64,000 nt of DNA. Origin: Octopus sinensis. Taxonomy: Eukaryota. Positions 24,391 to 36,990 of this stretch are shown in pieces. Location: assembly GCF_006345805.1 (NCBI RefSeq), contig NC_043002.1:111166001-111230000 (forward strand). The letters are read 5' to 3'. How positions within the stretch are numbered: position 1 is the stretch's first letter; every line of letters starts with the position of its first letter. Position numbers and translations under genes: made by a program. A model generated the notes under the pieces. It worked only from the letters and a program-made list of their open reading frames with translations, was not told the DNA's origin and did no database searches.

Positions 24391-24916
24391 TTTGTTATTA
24401 AATTTCTTTTTACTATTTAGGTGTATATTACTAAACTGTGGTGTCTTTGTACTGCAACCATGCTGGGGCACCACCTTGAGTGACTGTAGTCAAATGATTT
24501 GATTCTAGTACTTGTTCTATCAGTCTCTTTTGCTAAACCACTATGCTAAGGGATATATATACATACATACATAACTACATATAATATTTGTAAACAAACC
24601 TGAAAGGCTTTGTAAGTTATGGAGAGAAAGCAACTATGAAAGCCTCTTAGTACAATAATAACTATATAATAATATATCATAATATATATTCTCCAATTTA
24701 AAGTGACTGAAAAATGATGAGCTAAGCCTACTCAGAATCAAACCCACATATTAATGCTTGCATGGCTCCATGCACATCCAATTAGGCCAAATTTTATGAA
24801 TATATACTTTAACTATCTAATACTACATATAATATTTTTAAAATTACAGAAAGTGACATACACAGACACACACATATAAACACACACACAGACACATCTT
24901 TATATATACACACCTA

Positions 24917-25173
24917 TCATCACCATCATCGTTTAACGTCCGTTTTCCGCGCTAGCACGGGTTGGACGGTTCGACCGGGGTCTGGGAAGCCAGGAGGCTG
25001 CACCAGGCTCCAGTCTGATCTGGCAGTGTTTCTACAGCTGGATGCCCTTCCTAACGCCAACCACTCCGCGAGTGTAGTGGGTGCTTTTTACGTGCCACCT
25101 GCACAGGTGCCCGGGGGGGGGGGTCTGGCATCGGCCACGATCGGTTGGTGCTTTTAACGTGCCACTGGCACGG
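24917..25173 (-). mobile_element. RTE 3'-end fragment
   Basis: Same tail and core as the other copies. Confidence 0.88.
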
Positions 25174-26064
25174 AGATGTATATATGTATATATCATCATC
25201 ATGGTTTTAACTTCCACATTTCCTTGTTTTTGTGGGTCAGTCAGAATCGTTGAGGCTGATTTTGTATGACCAGTTTGCCTCCCCATCACAAACCCTTCCA
25301 GTAAGGTAATATTTCCTGGTGACAGATGACAATATATTTCTTGCATGCTTGCGTATGTCTACATAACCAACTGGCTTCTTTTCATTTGTGTCTACCAAAT
25401 CCACTCACAAGGCTTTGGCCGGCCTACAGCTATAGTAGAGAATACTTGCTCAATATGCTATACCATACAGTGATGCAGTGGGACAGAACTCAACATGACC
25501 TGGTTAAAGAACAAGCTTCCTAATTATAAATAGTGTCTGTTTTGATTTCATCTCAGTTTATAGGCTTTTTTTCAGATGTGTCAATGGTTGGTTGGATTTA
25601 CTTACCAACACTTTCCTCTGATTTTGTTTCCTATGAGAAAATAAACTGTAAAATCAGATTCTCTTCAGGCTTTTTGGCTATAGATCGACTATGATGAATA
25701 ATTCTTTTATTTATGACGCCCTCTTGTCTTCACTTAAAATTACAGAAATCTATGTATTATATACACAGAAACTTATAGTAATATGTATGTAAAAATACTT
25801 CTGCATTTGCATTATATACATAATCACATTTAATCATGTCTACATGGATACATTCACTTATCCATGCTTATAGGTTCATACATTCACTCACATGCGTGCA
25901 TATTTTATGCATATACACATAAAATCAGTTTATAACCAATACCTATACAGTACATAGATTTCTAAAAGCTTCTTTTGACTAGAAATAGAATAATATATCA
26001 TGTTGATTTTTATGTGCTGTGTCCATTGATTCCAAAGATGGCTATTCAATAGAAATAGAATATA

Positions 26065-26295
26065 TATTTCTTTACTACCCACAAGGGGCTAAAGACAGAG
26101 GGGATAAACAAGGACATACAAACGGATTAAGTCGATTACATCGACCCCAGTGCGTAACTGGTACTTAATTTATCGACCCCGAAAAGATGAAAGGCAAAGT
26201 CGACCTTGGCAGAATTTGACCTCAGAACGTAATGGCAAACGAAATACGGCTACGCATTTCGCCCGGCGTGCTAACGTTTCTGCCAGCTCGCCGCC
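26065..26295 (-). mobile_element. tRNA-headed SINE family C
   Basis: Head GGCGGCGAGCTGGCAG..., central GCCTTTCATCTTTTCGGGGTCGATAAATTAAGTACC; 13-bp TSD GAAATAGAATATA at 26052-26064/26298-26310. Confidence 0.9.
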
Positions 26296-26522
26296 TTGAA
26301 ATAGAATATAGGAAGGGTGTAGGCTTTCATTTGAAATCACAGGTAAAGAGGGAAGTTGCTAATTTATATAACAGATTGGATGTATGAATTACTTTAATTT
26401 AAGGATTATACATTGATTCAAGAAAGTAAAAGTGAGCTGTAGGGTTTATTGCATGATACTATGTGCATATGTATGTGTGCGAATGTGTCATTTTCTGGAT
26501 GGCTTCTTGTTAGTACAAGATA

Positions 26523-26921
26523 TGGAGGTGCAATGGCCCAGTGGTTAGGGCAGCGGACTCGCGGTCGTAGGATCGCGGTCGTAGGATCGCGGTTTCGATT
26601 CCCAGACCGGGCGTTGTGAGTGTTTATTGAGCGAAAACACCTAAAAGCTCCACGAGGCTCCGGCAGGGGATGGTGGTGATCCCTGCTGTACTCTTTCACC
26701 ACAACTTTCTCTCACTCTTACTTCCTGTTTCTGTTGTACCTGTATTTCAAAGGGCCGGCCTTGTCACTCTCTGTGTCACGCTGAATATCCCCGAGAACTG
26801 CGTCAAGGGTGCACGTGTCTGTGGAGTGCTCAGCCACTTACACGTTAATTTCACGAGCAGGCTGTTCTGTTGGTCGGATCAACCGGAACCCTCACCGTCG
26901 TAACCGACGGAGTGCTTCCAC
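26523..26921 (+). mobile_element. SINE OR-long
   Basis: TSD AGTACAAGATA at 26512-26522/26922-26932; short tandem duplication (GGTCGTAGGATCGC) in the head. Confidence 0.92.
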
Positions 26922-27708
26922 AGTACAAGATACAGTTGTTACCAAGAATGGGTTCCAATGTTAGGCTAAGTCTCTAAATTAGTGCTTAGTTTGAATTGAG
27001 GTGTGTGTGTGTTTGTCTTTGTCTCCACTTGCAGCTTGGTGTAGAGATCAATGGAATAAAATCTGAAACAGGAATTGAACCTGCTGTAACATTTCATTGC
27101 CTAAACTACTACTGAGGTTCTAAGTTTAATCACTTGTCTTACTTTCCCTCCTGCATGTACATTTTAACCATAAAACAAATAGTTTTTTTGGGGTTTTTTT
27201 TCCTAAGCAAATTGCTCTGCTTTGTCTAATATGCAAAATATACAGAGATATTACTGTGATGTTGTAGCTTCATCTTGATTTTATTGGCTGCTGGTCATTC
27301 TAGCCAAGGAATACAAAATATATGTGTTGGGGTGGAAGACTTGTGCATATAAAGTACAAGAGATACATTTATATCCATGTGCACATGATGTTCACATAAA
27401 TATGTGTGAATATTCAAAAATTTGAATGAACTTTTGAAAGAAAATAATGGTTGGTGGTGGTGACAAAGAGAAATCAATAAAGTAGATAAAATATTCTTTT
27501 ATAATATAGCTGATTGATTTGTTAGTGTTCTTCATGAGTAGTCAGATTTTTCTTCTGCTTACTTTTCAATCATAGAATAATGCTCTCATTTGAATATCTG
27601 AATATCATTTGCTCCAGTCAAACTAATGAGTGGTGGGGTATCAAATTAAACAGAAATTTAGATACAGAGAATAATTTTCTAACTAACATGAGAAATTTAT
27701 TTACCTTA

Positions 27709-28105
27709 TCTTTATATATAAAAGTCAAGTTGTGTGTCTGTCTCCTACGATTTAGATTCCTAACTACTCCCACATTTTGCGGTGCAGTTTAACCAAAACC
27801 GGGTATCTTATAGTCGTGATTCATATCGAGCCCTTCTGGGTATTAGCGCGCGTCTACAATGAGTCTACGATTTTAAAAATAATTTACCATCATTTTTTCC
27901 ATTTTAATGCATTTTTTTCGCTATTATATAAGGGAAGTAACTCTCTAAAAATGTCTACGATGAGTCAACGATTTAAAAAAAAACTTACCATCATTTTTCT
28001 TCCATTTTTAATACATTTTTTTGCTATTTTTTGGCTATAACTCTCTAAAAATGCTTTATAGTTATTTCCCTTACAAACCCGAGCAACGCCGGGCGATACT
28101 GCTAG
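27709..28105 (+). mobile_element. Non-autonomous Helitron H1
   Basis: A|TC...hairpin...CTAG|T termini. Confidence 0.9.
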
Positions 28106-28564
28106 TTATTTCTATCTTTGTCTACTACCAGGTTTTTTTTTCGTGTTTTATTTTAACATGTTCCCCTTCTCTCTCTCTCTTTCAGTCCCCACCACTCTCC
28201 TCATTTTCTCTCCCTTCTTTCCCTCTCCAGATGTCTGCTCTCTTCTGCCCCCACTCTCTTTCCATATGCATTAAATACACAACTTTACAAAAAATGCCTC
28301 CCATTATACATATACTTTTCTTTTCCTTTTTTAACACATACATTTTCTCTCACTGTATGTTTAACTAGCTTTCTTTATGCATCTTCCAATGGGGATGCTT
28401 CTATATGTATATATCAATATACCATTGCATCTTAGCCATTTGTTTTAAAGCCTATTTACCAAATGTATTTTATATTGAAAGATTTTTGGGGCGGGGTGGT
28501 TGTGGTCATTTTAGTAATATTGTTTTCCTTTGAATTAAATTTGTTTCTTTTTCTTTCTCTTCAG

Positions 28565-29237
28565 GGATGGAAACAGACAGCGCTTATGAGCAGAAGCTGA
28601 TGCCAGATGGCAAGCTGAATATTGATGGCTTTATGGTAGTGTTTGATGTCAGCACTGTTCACAACCGGCCAATTGAGAGACAGGTTGAGTTTGTTTCTCA
28701 AATTCTTCAATCTTTGCAGAAGATCCGCAAACCTGTGGTGCTGGCAACTACAAAGCATGACGAGGCTGTGGACCGATTCTGTAAGGAAGCTGGAGCATTG
28801 GTCACTCGCAGTAAACTCAATATTCCCATTGTGGAGACCTCTGCACTTGACAACATCAATGTAGAATTGGCATTTATGACACTTGCGCACCTAATTGATG
28901 GTACAAAAATGAGGAAAAAAATTATTCCTTTTGCTGATGCCTACCGAGCCCGCAAAGATATTTTAGAAGTTGCTACCAAGGCATACAAAAAACTGCTCAA
29001 TACTCAGGTTACAGATCCAAAAGCATCATGGACTATATGGAAAAAGAAATTTATGAAGGAGTCTGATTATAATCATTATGTGGAATTATTTGGAACTGAA
29101 AGTGCTGTAGAACATTTTCGCAAACATACCATGCATTTAAAAGAACAACAGTTGCGGCAACGAGAATTGCGATATCTAGATAGTCTGCCAACAGTATTAC
29201 AATACTTCTTAACTTCATTGGATGTCATCTCTGACAA
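28565..29237 (+). CDS. RhoGAPp190: p190 RhoGAP (ARHGAP35/ARHGAP5 family) internal coding exon: C-terminal half of the N-terminal GTPase domain plus FF domain 1
   Basis: Polypyrimidine tract and TCAG acceptor end at 28564; donor AA|GTAAGT at 29237/29238. Translation (G)METDSAYEQKLMPDGKLNIDGFMVVFDVS...KPVVLATTKHDE...VETSALDNINVELAF...KIIPF matches the p190 pattern FEQKxMPDGKxxxDGF, TKxD (G4), ETSA (G5), followed by an FF repeat. Phase 1 in, phase 2 out. Confidence 0.96.
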
Positions 29238-29413
29238 GTAAGTGGACTTAATTTTTCTGTCATTCTATTTGATTCAGTTTCAGTGTAATTTCTATTTTCT
29301 GTAGCTCGTTAGATAATGTAAATAATACACCAACACTTCTATTCTTGCGAATAACAAGACCAAAAATTTTGGTTATTTTAATTCCAATAACCCTTTGTGC
29401 TGTTCAGATTACA

Positions 29414-29809
29414 TCTTTATATATAAAACTAAAGTTGTGTGGTGTCTGTCTCCTACGATTTAGATTCCTAACTACTCCCACATTTTGCGGTGCAGTTTAA
29501 CCAAAACTGGGTATCTTATAGTCGTGATTCATATCGAGCCCTTCTGGGTATTAGTGCGCATCTACGATGAGTCTATAATTTTAAAAAAATTTACCATCAT
29601 TTTTTCCCATTTTTAATGCATTTTTTTGCTATTATATAAGGGAAGTAACTCTCTAAAAATTTATTATTAAATCTCAGAACGTAAAAAGCTACAGTAACAC
29701 CCTCTTTGTGGTTAGCCATATTGAGATGGCTATTATACTTTACATCTCTAAAAATGCTTATATAGTTATTTCCCTTACAAACCCGAGCAACGCCGGGCGA
29801 TACTGCTAG
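29414..29809 (+). mobile_element. Non-autonomous Helitron H1, internal variant
   Basis: A|TC...CTAG|T; carries an internal segment (~29661-29745) absent from the other copies. Confidence 0.9.
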
Positions 29810-30451
29810 TTGAATATAGTTGAATAAGTGCATATGGAAATGTCTGAACTGGAAGATTTTCATAAAACCTTGTAAAACAAAAAAAAATTTTCACCTTTGC
29901 AAACTGCTACTACGATTGTTTTTATTCACAATTCACCTTACATGTTATATTTACATCACAATTAAGAGAATAGTGTCTATCAAACTAATGTTATTGTTCT
30001 TTTAACTACTGCCATCATCTAAAGAATTTGTGGTTTTTGTAATTTATTTCTATATTTCACCTCTCAGTTTAGAATTTGTATCAAATATCTGTTTATTTCA
30101 TTCTTCAAAAGCATTTTTTTGTGTTAAAGCTTATGGTTATGTAACTGATACAGCTATAATTATAATATTGGTTTGCATAATTGTGGAAAATTAATTTTGG
30201 ATATAATACTTACATTGTTTTATGTGTTTTTCGCTAAACTTAAGCTTGAATGGCTTTTAGATTTCGTCTTATGACTATCCATTTCTGGGATAATTTCTTT
30301 TAATTATCTAATCTAGATTATTCTAATAATTATGTTAATAGATCCTGTTAACTCCACCTACTTTTCTACATGTTCAGTTGACCTGCTAGAAAAAGTAGCT
30401 ATACATCTCCCAGATTTCACCCTAGTGTCTTTTAAAAAAGAAGAAAGAACA

Positions 30452-30850
30452 CGCAGGAGTGGCTGTGTGGTAAGTAGCTTGCTAACCAACCACATGGTTC
30501 CGGGTTCAGTCCCACTGCGTGGCATCTTGGGCAAGTGTCTTCTGCTATAGCCCCGGGCCGACCAATGTCTTGTGGGTGGATTTGGTAGACGGGAACTGAA
30601 AGAAGCCCGGCGTATATATGTATATATATATATATGCGTGTGTGTGTGTCTGTGTTTGTCCCCCTAGCATTGCTTGACAACCGATGCTGGTGTGTTTACG
30701 TCCCCGTCACTTAGCGGTTCGGCAAAAGAGACCGATAGAATAAGTACTGGGCTTACAAAGAATAAGTCCCGGGGTCGATTTGCTCGAATAAAGGCGGTGC
30801 TCCAGCATGGCCACAGTCAAATGACTGAAACAAGTAAAAGAGTAAAGAGT
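30452..30850 (+). mobile_element. SINE family B
   Basis: Full-length consensus match. Confidence 0.92.
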
Positions 30851-31263
30851 ATTGGTCATGGTATAAATACCTTTGATCATTTGATTTCTTCAACCAAGGT
30901 TGACCTAGAGTTAAACAGTAAAAACCACTGTCTACTACAAATTCAATAATGGTTTTGTTACCATTTCGTATTGCATGGGCAACTGCTGGTCTTCCATAAA
31001 CAACCTTGCCCAGACTGATGCCTGGGAGGGTAACTTTCTAGGTGCAATCCCATGGTCAGTCATGGCCGAAGGGGGTCTCAAACAATACCATACTACTGAC
31101 ATACATAACTACTTTTATATGCACAGAATCCCTTTATTATCCGCAAGGGCATGTTAATTAAAAGTCCTGGAAGTATTACAAATTTTAGCTATTACACTAT
31201 CATTGACATCTCCATGGCTTGTGATTGTCATTCTGCTAACAAAGCTTATATACAACACCATAG

Positions 31264-31714
31264 TCAACTGCTTCAAAGGTAAAGGTGATGCTTTAGCTAG
31301 AAATATCTGCAGGGGTATCAAACTGCTGGGTCAGGTGATGGTCACGGAGAGGGTCATAGTCCAACTAATTAGGGAGAGAGTCTGCTTAGATGAGATGCAG
31401 TTTGGTTCTGTGCCCGGTAGAAGCACCACTGATGCTACATTCCTGGTACGGCAAATGCAGGAGAAATACCTAGCCAAAGATAAGCCCCTGTACCTGGCTT
31501 TTGTGGATTTGGAGAAAGCCTTTGACAGGTCCCCTGATCCCTTATCTGGTGGACGATGCGGAAACTGGGGATTGACGAGTGGTTAATAAGAGTTGTAGAG
31601 GCCTTATACAAGGATGCCATTAGTAAGGTAAGGGTTGGCAATGAGTATAGCAAAGAATTCTGGGTAGAAGTAAGGGTTCACCAAGGATCGGTCCTCAGCC
31701 CCCTCTTATCATTG
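31264..31714 (+). pseudogene. Decayed RTE reverse-transcriptase fragment
   Basis: CFKGKGDAL..RGIKLL..MQFGSVPGRSTTDATFLVRQMQEKYLAKDKPLYLAFVDLEKAFDR, a frameshift, then ...HQGSVLSPLL (N-terminal RT motifs). Confidence 0.92.
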
Positions 31715-32490
31715 TCTGAAAGGAGCCAATGATTCATCCACCACTGGTTTTTCACCTGGAGAGTTCACAGATTTGAAGTTGGTTATTAGCATTTCAAAGA
31801 GTCGTTGAATTTTATGCAATCTTCTGGGTTTTTTTTTTCAAAAGTTTCATTATCATTGAAGTGCAACATTTATAGAGGCAAGAAAAATCAATTTCTTGTC
31901 ATATTATCCTTCATGAAGTTATAGTTGTATACCTTCTTCTTTGACCAGTAACACTCCATTGTTGGCATGTTGACAACTCCCATACTAATGATGATGCCAA
32001 AAAATTTCATCAATTCATCATTATTTGTTGGAAACCACTGTGACACAAGTAACTTCTTAGTTACTGTTTGAGTCCCAAGAATTTGATCGGCATATCTATT
32101 TGTTTCTTTAACAATGTGTGTCATCATATCTCTTACAAATAATTTATAGGCATCAATAGGTGAAACCATCTCATTTGTGTCACAGGGCACTGGTTGTATC
32201 AATAGTTGCTCATTGCCAGTGAAGTAAAATGATCATGTTGTAACAGTAATGTTTTGCCAAGTATCTCTACAGATGTTGTCATTACTCTACCATTGTTTTC
32301 TTCATCACTACTTATTTCTGAATTACTCAAAGTATAGGTTGATGTAGTATCGTTGCATGTTCCAGATGACACTTCATCCTCACCAGAATCAATCTCACAA
32401 TCATTTGAATCAATCTCATCTGTTCCCTGTTTACCATAATCTTGCTTACAGGAAGATTTCCCCCAAAAAATGATGATGGATTCATGGCTC
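31710..32490 (-). pseudogene. Decayed piggyBac transposase fragment (acidic N-terminus to first catalytic Asp)
   Basis: PIDAYKLFV..HIVKETNRYA..ELMKFFGIIISMGVVNMPTMECYWS..MTRN; after a frameshift LHFNDNE..HKIQRLFEML..NF..VVDESLAPFR; D/E/S-rich N-terminus near 32300-32450. Confidence 0.9.
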
Positions 32491-32523
32491 TGAAATAAGA
32501 AAATTTATATAAATTTACATATA

Positions 32524-32757
32524 GGCGCAGGAGTGGCTGTGTGGTAAGTAGCTTGCTTACCAACCACATGGTTCCAGGTTCAGTCCCACTGCGTGGCATC
32601 TTGGGCAAATGTCTTCTGCTATAGCCTCAGGCCGACCAATGCCTTGTGAGTGGATTTGGTAGACGGAAACTGAAAGAAGCCTGTCGTATATATTTATATA
32701 CATATGTATGTATGCGTGTGTGTATATGTTTGTGCGTCTGTGTTTGTCCCCCCACCA
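32524..32757 (+). mobile_element. SINE family B, 5' half only
   Basis: Ends after the microsatellite at TGTTTGTCCCCCCACCA. Confidence 0.88.
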
Positions 32758-33402
32758 TAGAGAGAACGACACACAACCTCTCACCACGCTGGCTTTCTTG
32801 CAACTAAAGCTATACAAGTTAGAACATCTGGCAAGTTGGAAGCCTATGGTTTAGAAGTTCAAATCCCACATAAATAGACATATAACTATTCTATTGCTTC
32901 AGCATCAATAAAATAGGTAAAAGATAGCAAAAGAGGAGGAGGAGTAAATTTTGAAGTGACAGTTAAATGACTCTGAGCTTAAATTCTAATGGAGCTATTT
33001 CTGGCTATCTATCATCTCATCAAAGTGGGGATGTATCTTCCACTAATTCAACATTATAGTAACTGATATAACATATCAGTTTAATGTGCTAATCTAGGAC
33101 ATTGAATTAACATAAGGCAATGGTATGATATGAGCTAACTTTCTTCATGTTACTGATAAGATATTGTGAAGGCTCAATAAAGACTTGTATATGGATGATT
33201 TAATTTGTTATGGCTAATCTAGTGAGGTGAGGATATTAATAAGTTCATGCTGTCATAGATAAATTGTACTAAAACAGCTGGTCATAGTCACAAACCCTCT
33301 TAATTCAGAGAAGTAGTTTTTGTATTGAGAACTATATATTGCTTTATTATTATTATTATTCTAGTCCTCTCTATAGCTCACAATGTTGACAAAGATAAAT
33401 GT

Positions 33403-33800
33403 ACTCTCTTTCTCTTTTCTCTTTTACTTGTTTCAGTCATTTGACTGCGGCCATGCTGGAGCACCGCCTTTTAGTCGAGCAAATCAACCCCGGGACTTAT
33501 TCTTTGTAAGCCCAGTACTTATTCTATCGGTATCTTTTGCCGAACCGCTAAGTGACGGGGACATAAACACACCAGCATCGGTTGTCAAGCAATGCTAGGG
33601 GAACAAACACACACACACACATATATATACATATATACGACAGGCTTCTTTCAGTTTCCGTCTACCAAATCCACTCACAAGGCATTGGTCGGCCCGGGGC
33701 TATAGCAGAAGACACCTGCCCAAGATGCCACGCAGTGGGACTGAACCCGGAACCATGTGGTTGGTTAGCAAGCTACTTACCACACAGCGACTCCTGCGCC
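33403..33800 (-). mobile_element. SINE family B
   Basis: Full-length consensus match. Confidence 0.92.
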
Positions 33801-34291
33801 TACTCAGTTTTTTTTTTGGTTTTTTTTTTTCTGGTGAGGAGGATCATTTAGTCAGAGGCCTATGCATTTTTTACTCTTTTGAGGGAGATTTGCAGACCTA
33901 CATCATGTAAGAAAATGCATTAAATTCCCTTAAAGCTAACAAAACATTAGGTCCTTGATATCTGTCATGGTGCCTTTGAACACTTATGCTTACATCTATT
34001 TGGAAAAAGTCATAAATAATTCCAGTTCCAAAGAATTAATTCACTGACAGTCTAGACTTCCTGTTGCTGCTAAGGCTATAAATGCAAAACAGGCAAATCA
34101 CCTTTGACCTACTGCTAAACAGATTCCAAGGGAAAATGAAAGGGGAATTCAAAAGGGCTTTTAATTCTGTTCAAAAAGTAAAAGTAATTGTAATGTTACA
34201 GTTGTAATACACAAGTACTTTACACAAATACAAAATCCACTCTTCTTACTCTCTGATGTCACTGCAGGAATTCTTTAACACCTTTCCTTTT

Positions 34292-34441
34292 ATCATCATC
34301 ATCATCATTTAGCGTCCGCTTTCCATGCTAGCATGGGTTGGACGGTTCTACTGGGGTCTGTGAAGCCAGAAGGCTTCATCAGGCCCAGTCAAATCTGGCA
34401 GTGTTTCTACGGCTGGATGCCCTTCCTAACGCCAACCACTC
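34292..34441 (-). mobile_element. RTE 3'-end fragment (short)
   Basis: (CAT)n plus the conserved 3' end, truncated at GCCAACCACT. Confidence 0.88.
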
Positions 34442-34698
34442 TTCAAGTATCAATTTTATATTATAAAAGAAAAGATAAACTCCGTCTGTCTGTAACAATA
34501 GCTGTGTGGAGAGGGGAAAGAGAGGAGAAGAAAAGTTGTTGTTGAGAAAGAAATACTGTGCAAGAGAGAGAGAAAGAAAGTGTGTGTGTGTGTGTGTGAA
34601 AGATAAGTAGGTAGTGTTGTCACCTCTGTAGCTAACAGGACTTGATTAAAATTGGTAGGAATTTTAAGTGCAAGTCTGTCAACACAACGTAATACAGA

Positions 34699-34977
34699 CT
34701 TTTGCCGAACCGCTAAGTGATGGGGACGTAAGCACACCAGCATCAGTTGTCAAGCAATGCTAGGGGGACAAACACAGACACACAAACATACACATGCATA
34801 TATATATATATATACGATGGGCTTCTTTCAGTTTCCGTCTACCAAATCCACTCACAAGGCTTTGGTCGGCCCGAGGCTATAGTAGAAGACACTTGCCCAA
34901 GGTGCCACACAGTGGGACTGAACCCGGAACCATGTGGTTGGTAAACAAGCTACTTACCACACAGCCACTCCTGCGCC
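34699..34977 (-). mobile_element. SINE family B, 3'-truncated
   Basis: Consensus match. Confidence 0.9.
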
Positions 34978-35381
34978 TATTCTTAGCATAAAATTATGTA
35001 TCGGTTATATATAACTTAAATATGAACCCTGTAAAAGTAAGAAATTTGGTATTTAAGAAATGAAGGTGGTCTCATGCATGTTGACATCAAAGGGGCTACA
35101 TTATATATTAATTTTAAAGTTAACAAAAACCATCTTTAAACATACAAGAGCCAAAATTCTGTCTGTTATAAAATATTTGCACCACATCATCCAAATAGTT
35201 AAAAAAATGTGGCACTTGTAGCCTGTAAAAAGGTAGAGGATAAATATGATGTGCTCAATAAGTAAGAGGTAAGAGCTCTGATGTGTAATTTTCATCTTTA
35301 ATTCATCTGAACATGTCGTATCATTGGACAGTGGAGTTGATGCATAGGAGCAAACTTAACTAAATATTCTATTGACAGCAT

Positions 35382-35612
35382 GGCGGCGAGCTGGCAGAAA
35401 CGTTAGCATGCTGGATGAAATGCTTAGCGGTATTTCGTCTGTCGTTACGTTCTGAGTTCAAATTCCGCCGAGGTTGACTTTGCCTTTCATCCTTTCGGGG
35501 TTGATAAATTAAGTACCAGTTCCGCACTGGGGTCGATGTAATCGACTTAATACCTATGTCTGTCCTTGTTTTTCCCCTCTATGTTTAGCCCCTTGTGGGT
35601 ATAAAGAAATAG
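35382..35612 (+). mobile_element. SINE family C
   Basis: Consensus match; first of a tandem pair. Confidence 0.9.
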
Positions 35613-35624
35613 GTATACATAAAA

Positions 35625-35847
35625 GGCGGCGAGCTGGCAGAAACGTTAGCACGCCGGGCGAAATGTTTAGCGGTATTGCATCTGCCTTTACGTTCTGAGT
35701 TCAAATTCCGCCGAGGTCGACTTTGCCTTTCATCCTTTCGGGATCGATAAATTAAGTACCAGTTCCGCACTGGGGTCAACTTAATACCTATGTCTGTCCT
35801 TGTTTGTCCCCTCTATGTTTAGCCCCTTGTGGGTAATAAAGAAATAG
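35625..35847 (+). mobile_element. SINE family C
   Basis: Consensus match; second of a tandem pair. Confidence 0.9.
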
Positions 35848-36554
35848 CTACATCAGATTTGTTCACCTTTTGTTGGTTTGCTTTTTATTTTATTTATTAG
35901 CTCAATGTGTGTGAGAGAGATGGGGGGGGGGATACAGGGAGGGTTAAATCTCTACATTTGTTATTAACAAAACACTTCTTTCTTCTACTTCCTTTCCACT
36001 TTTATCCCTTCTGTTCCCTTTCTCTCTGCCTTCTGTTCCTCACCCATGAACGTTTTTTAACTCCCTCATCTTATTCTCCCCCATCTTCCACCACCTTAAA
36101 TCATCTATCCCATAGTTGTTTAGTTAGCCCCAGCTATCCAACAGTCCCAAGTGTACTTAAAATCCAAGTTAACAGAAATTGTCCAGATTACTATCAATTC
36201 ATATGAGCTTGTCAGCTTTACAAGAAATAACAGCCAAATATCCCTCAAATTACATTCTACCATCTTAAAGCTGAAAAAGAGGAAAACGCATCTTACATAA
36301 TACAGTCGGGATTAAATGAAGTTGGAATGCATTTAATCGTAGTTCTGTTTGAGGCTAACATAGAATTCGACATCAACAACATGAACAAGTTATGGTTAAT
36401 TTTTCTACTTGTGATTGCAGTAGTATTGCTTCCTAGGTTCAAATAAACTACAGGGTTGGTCCAGATCAGCTGTGATATATAAGCAAGCTGACCTTATGAT
36501 AAAAAGCCATTCAAACTATGACCAGTCTTTTTTTTTTTTTTTTTTTTTTTTGCT

Positions 36555-36990
36555 AGGAGTGGCTGTGTGGTAAGTAGCTTGCTGCTTCCCAACAACATGG
36601 TTCCGGGTTCATTCCCACTGCATGGCACCTTGGGCAAGTGTGTCTTCTGCTATAGCCCCGGGCCGACCAATGCCTTGTGAGTGGATTTGGTAGACGGATA
36701 CTGAAAGAAGCCTGTCGTATATGTGTGTATATATATATATATGTATGTATGTGTGTATATATGTTTGTGTGTCTGTGTTTGTCCCCCCCCCCACCACCAC
36801 CATTGCTTGACAACCGATGCTGGTGTGTTTACGTCCCCGTCACTTAGCGGTTCGGCAAAAAGAGACCGATAGAATAAGTACTGGGCTTACAAAGAATAAG
36901 TCCCGGGGTCGATTTGGTCGACTAAAGGCGGTGCTCCAGCATGGCCACAGTCACATGACTGAAACAAGTAAAAGAGTAAAAGAGAGAGTA
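36555..36990 (+). mobile_element. SINE family B
   Basis: Consensus match, directly after a poly-T run. Confidence 0.9.

Noticed and set aside
28567-29241. ORF-track 224-aa protein starting at Met 28567
   Set aside because: The ATG lies 2 nt inside a splice acceptor and the TAA overlaps the GTAAGT donor. It is an internal exon, not a standalone gene.
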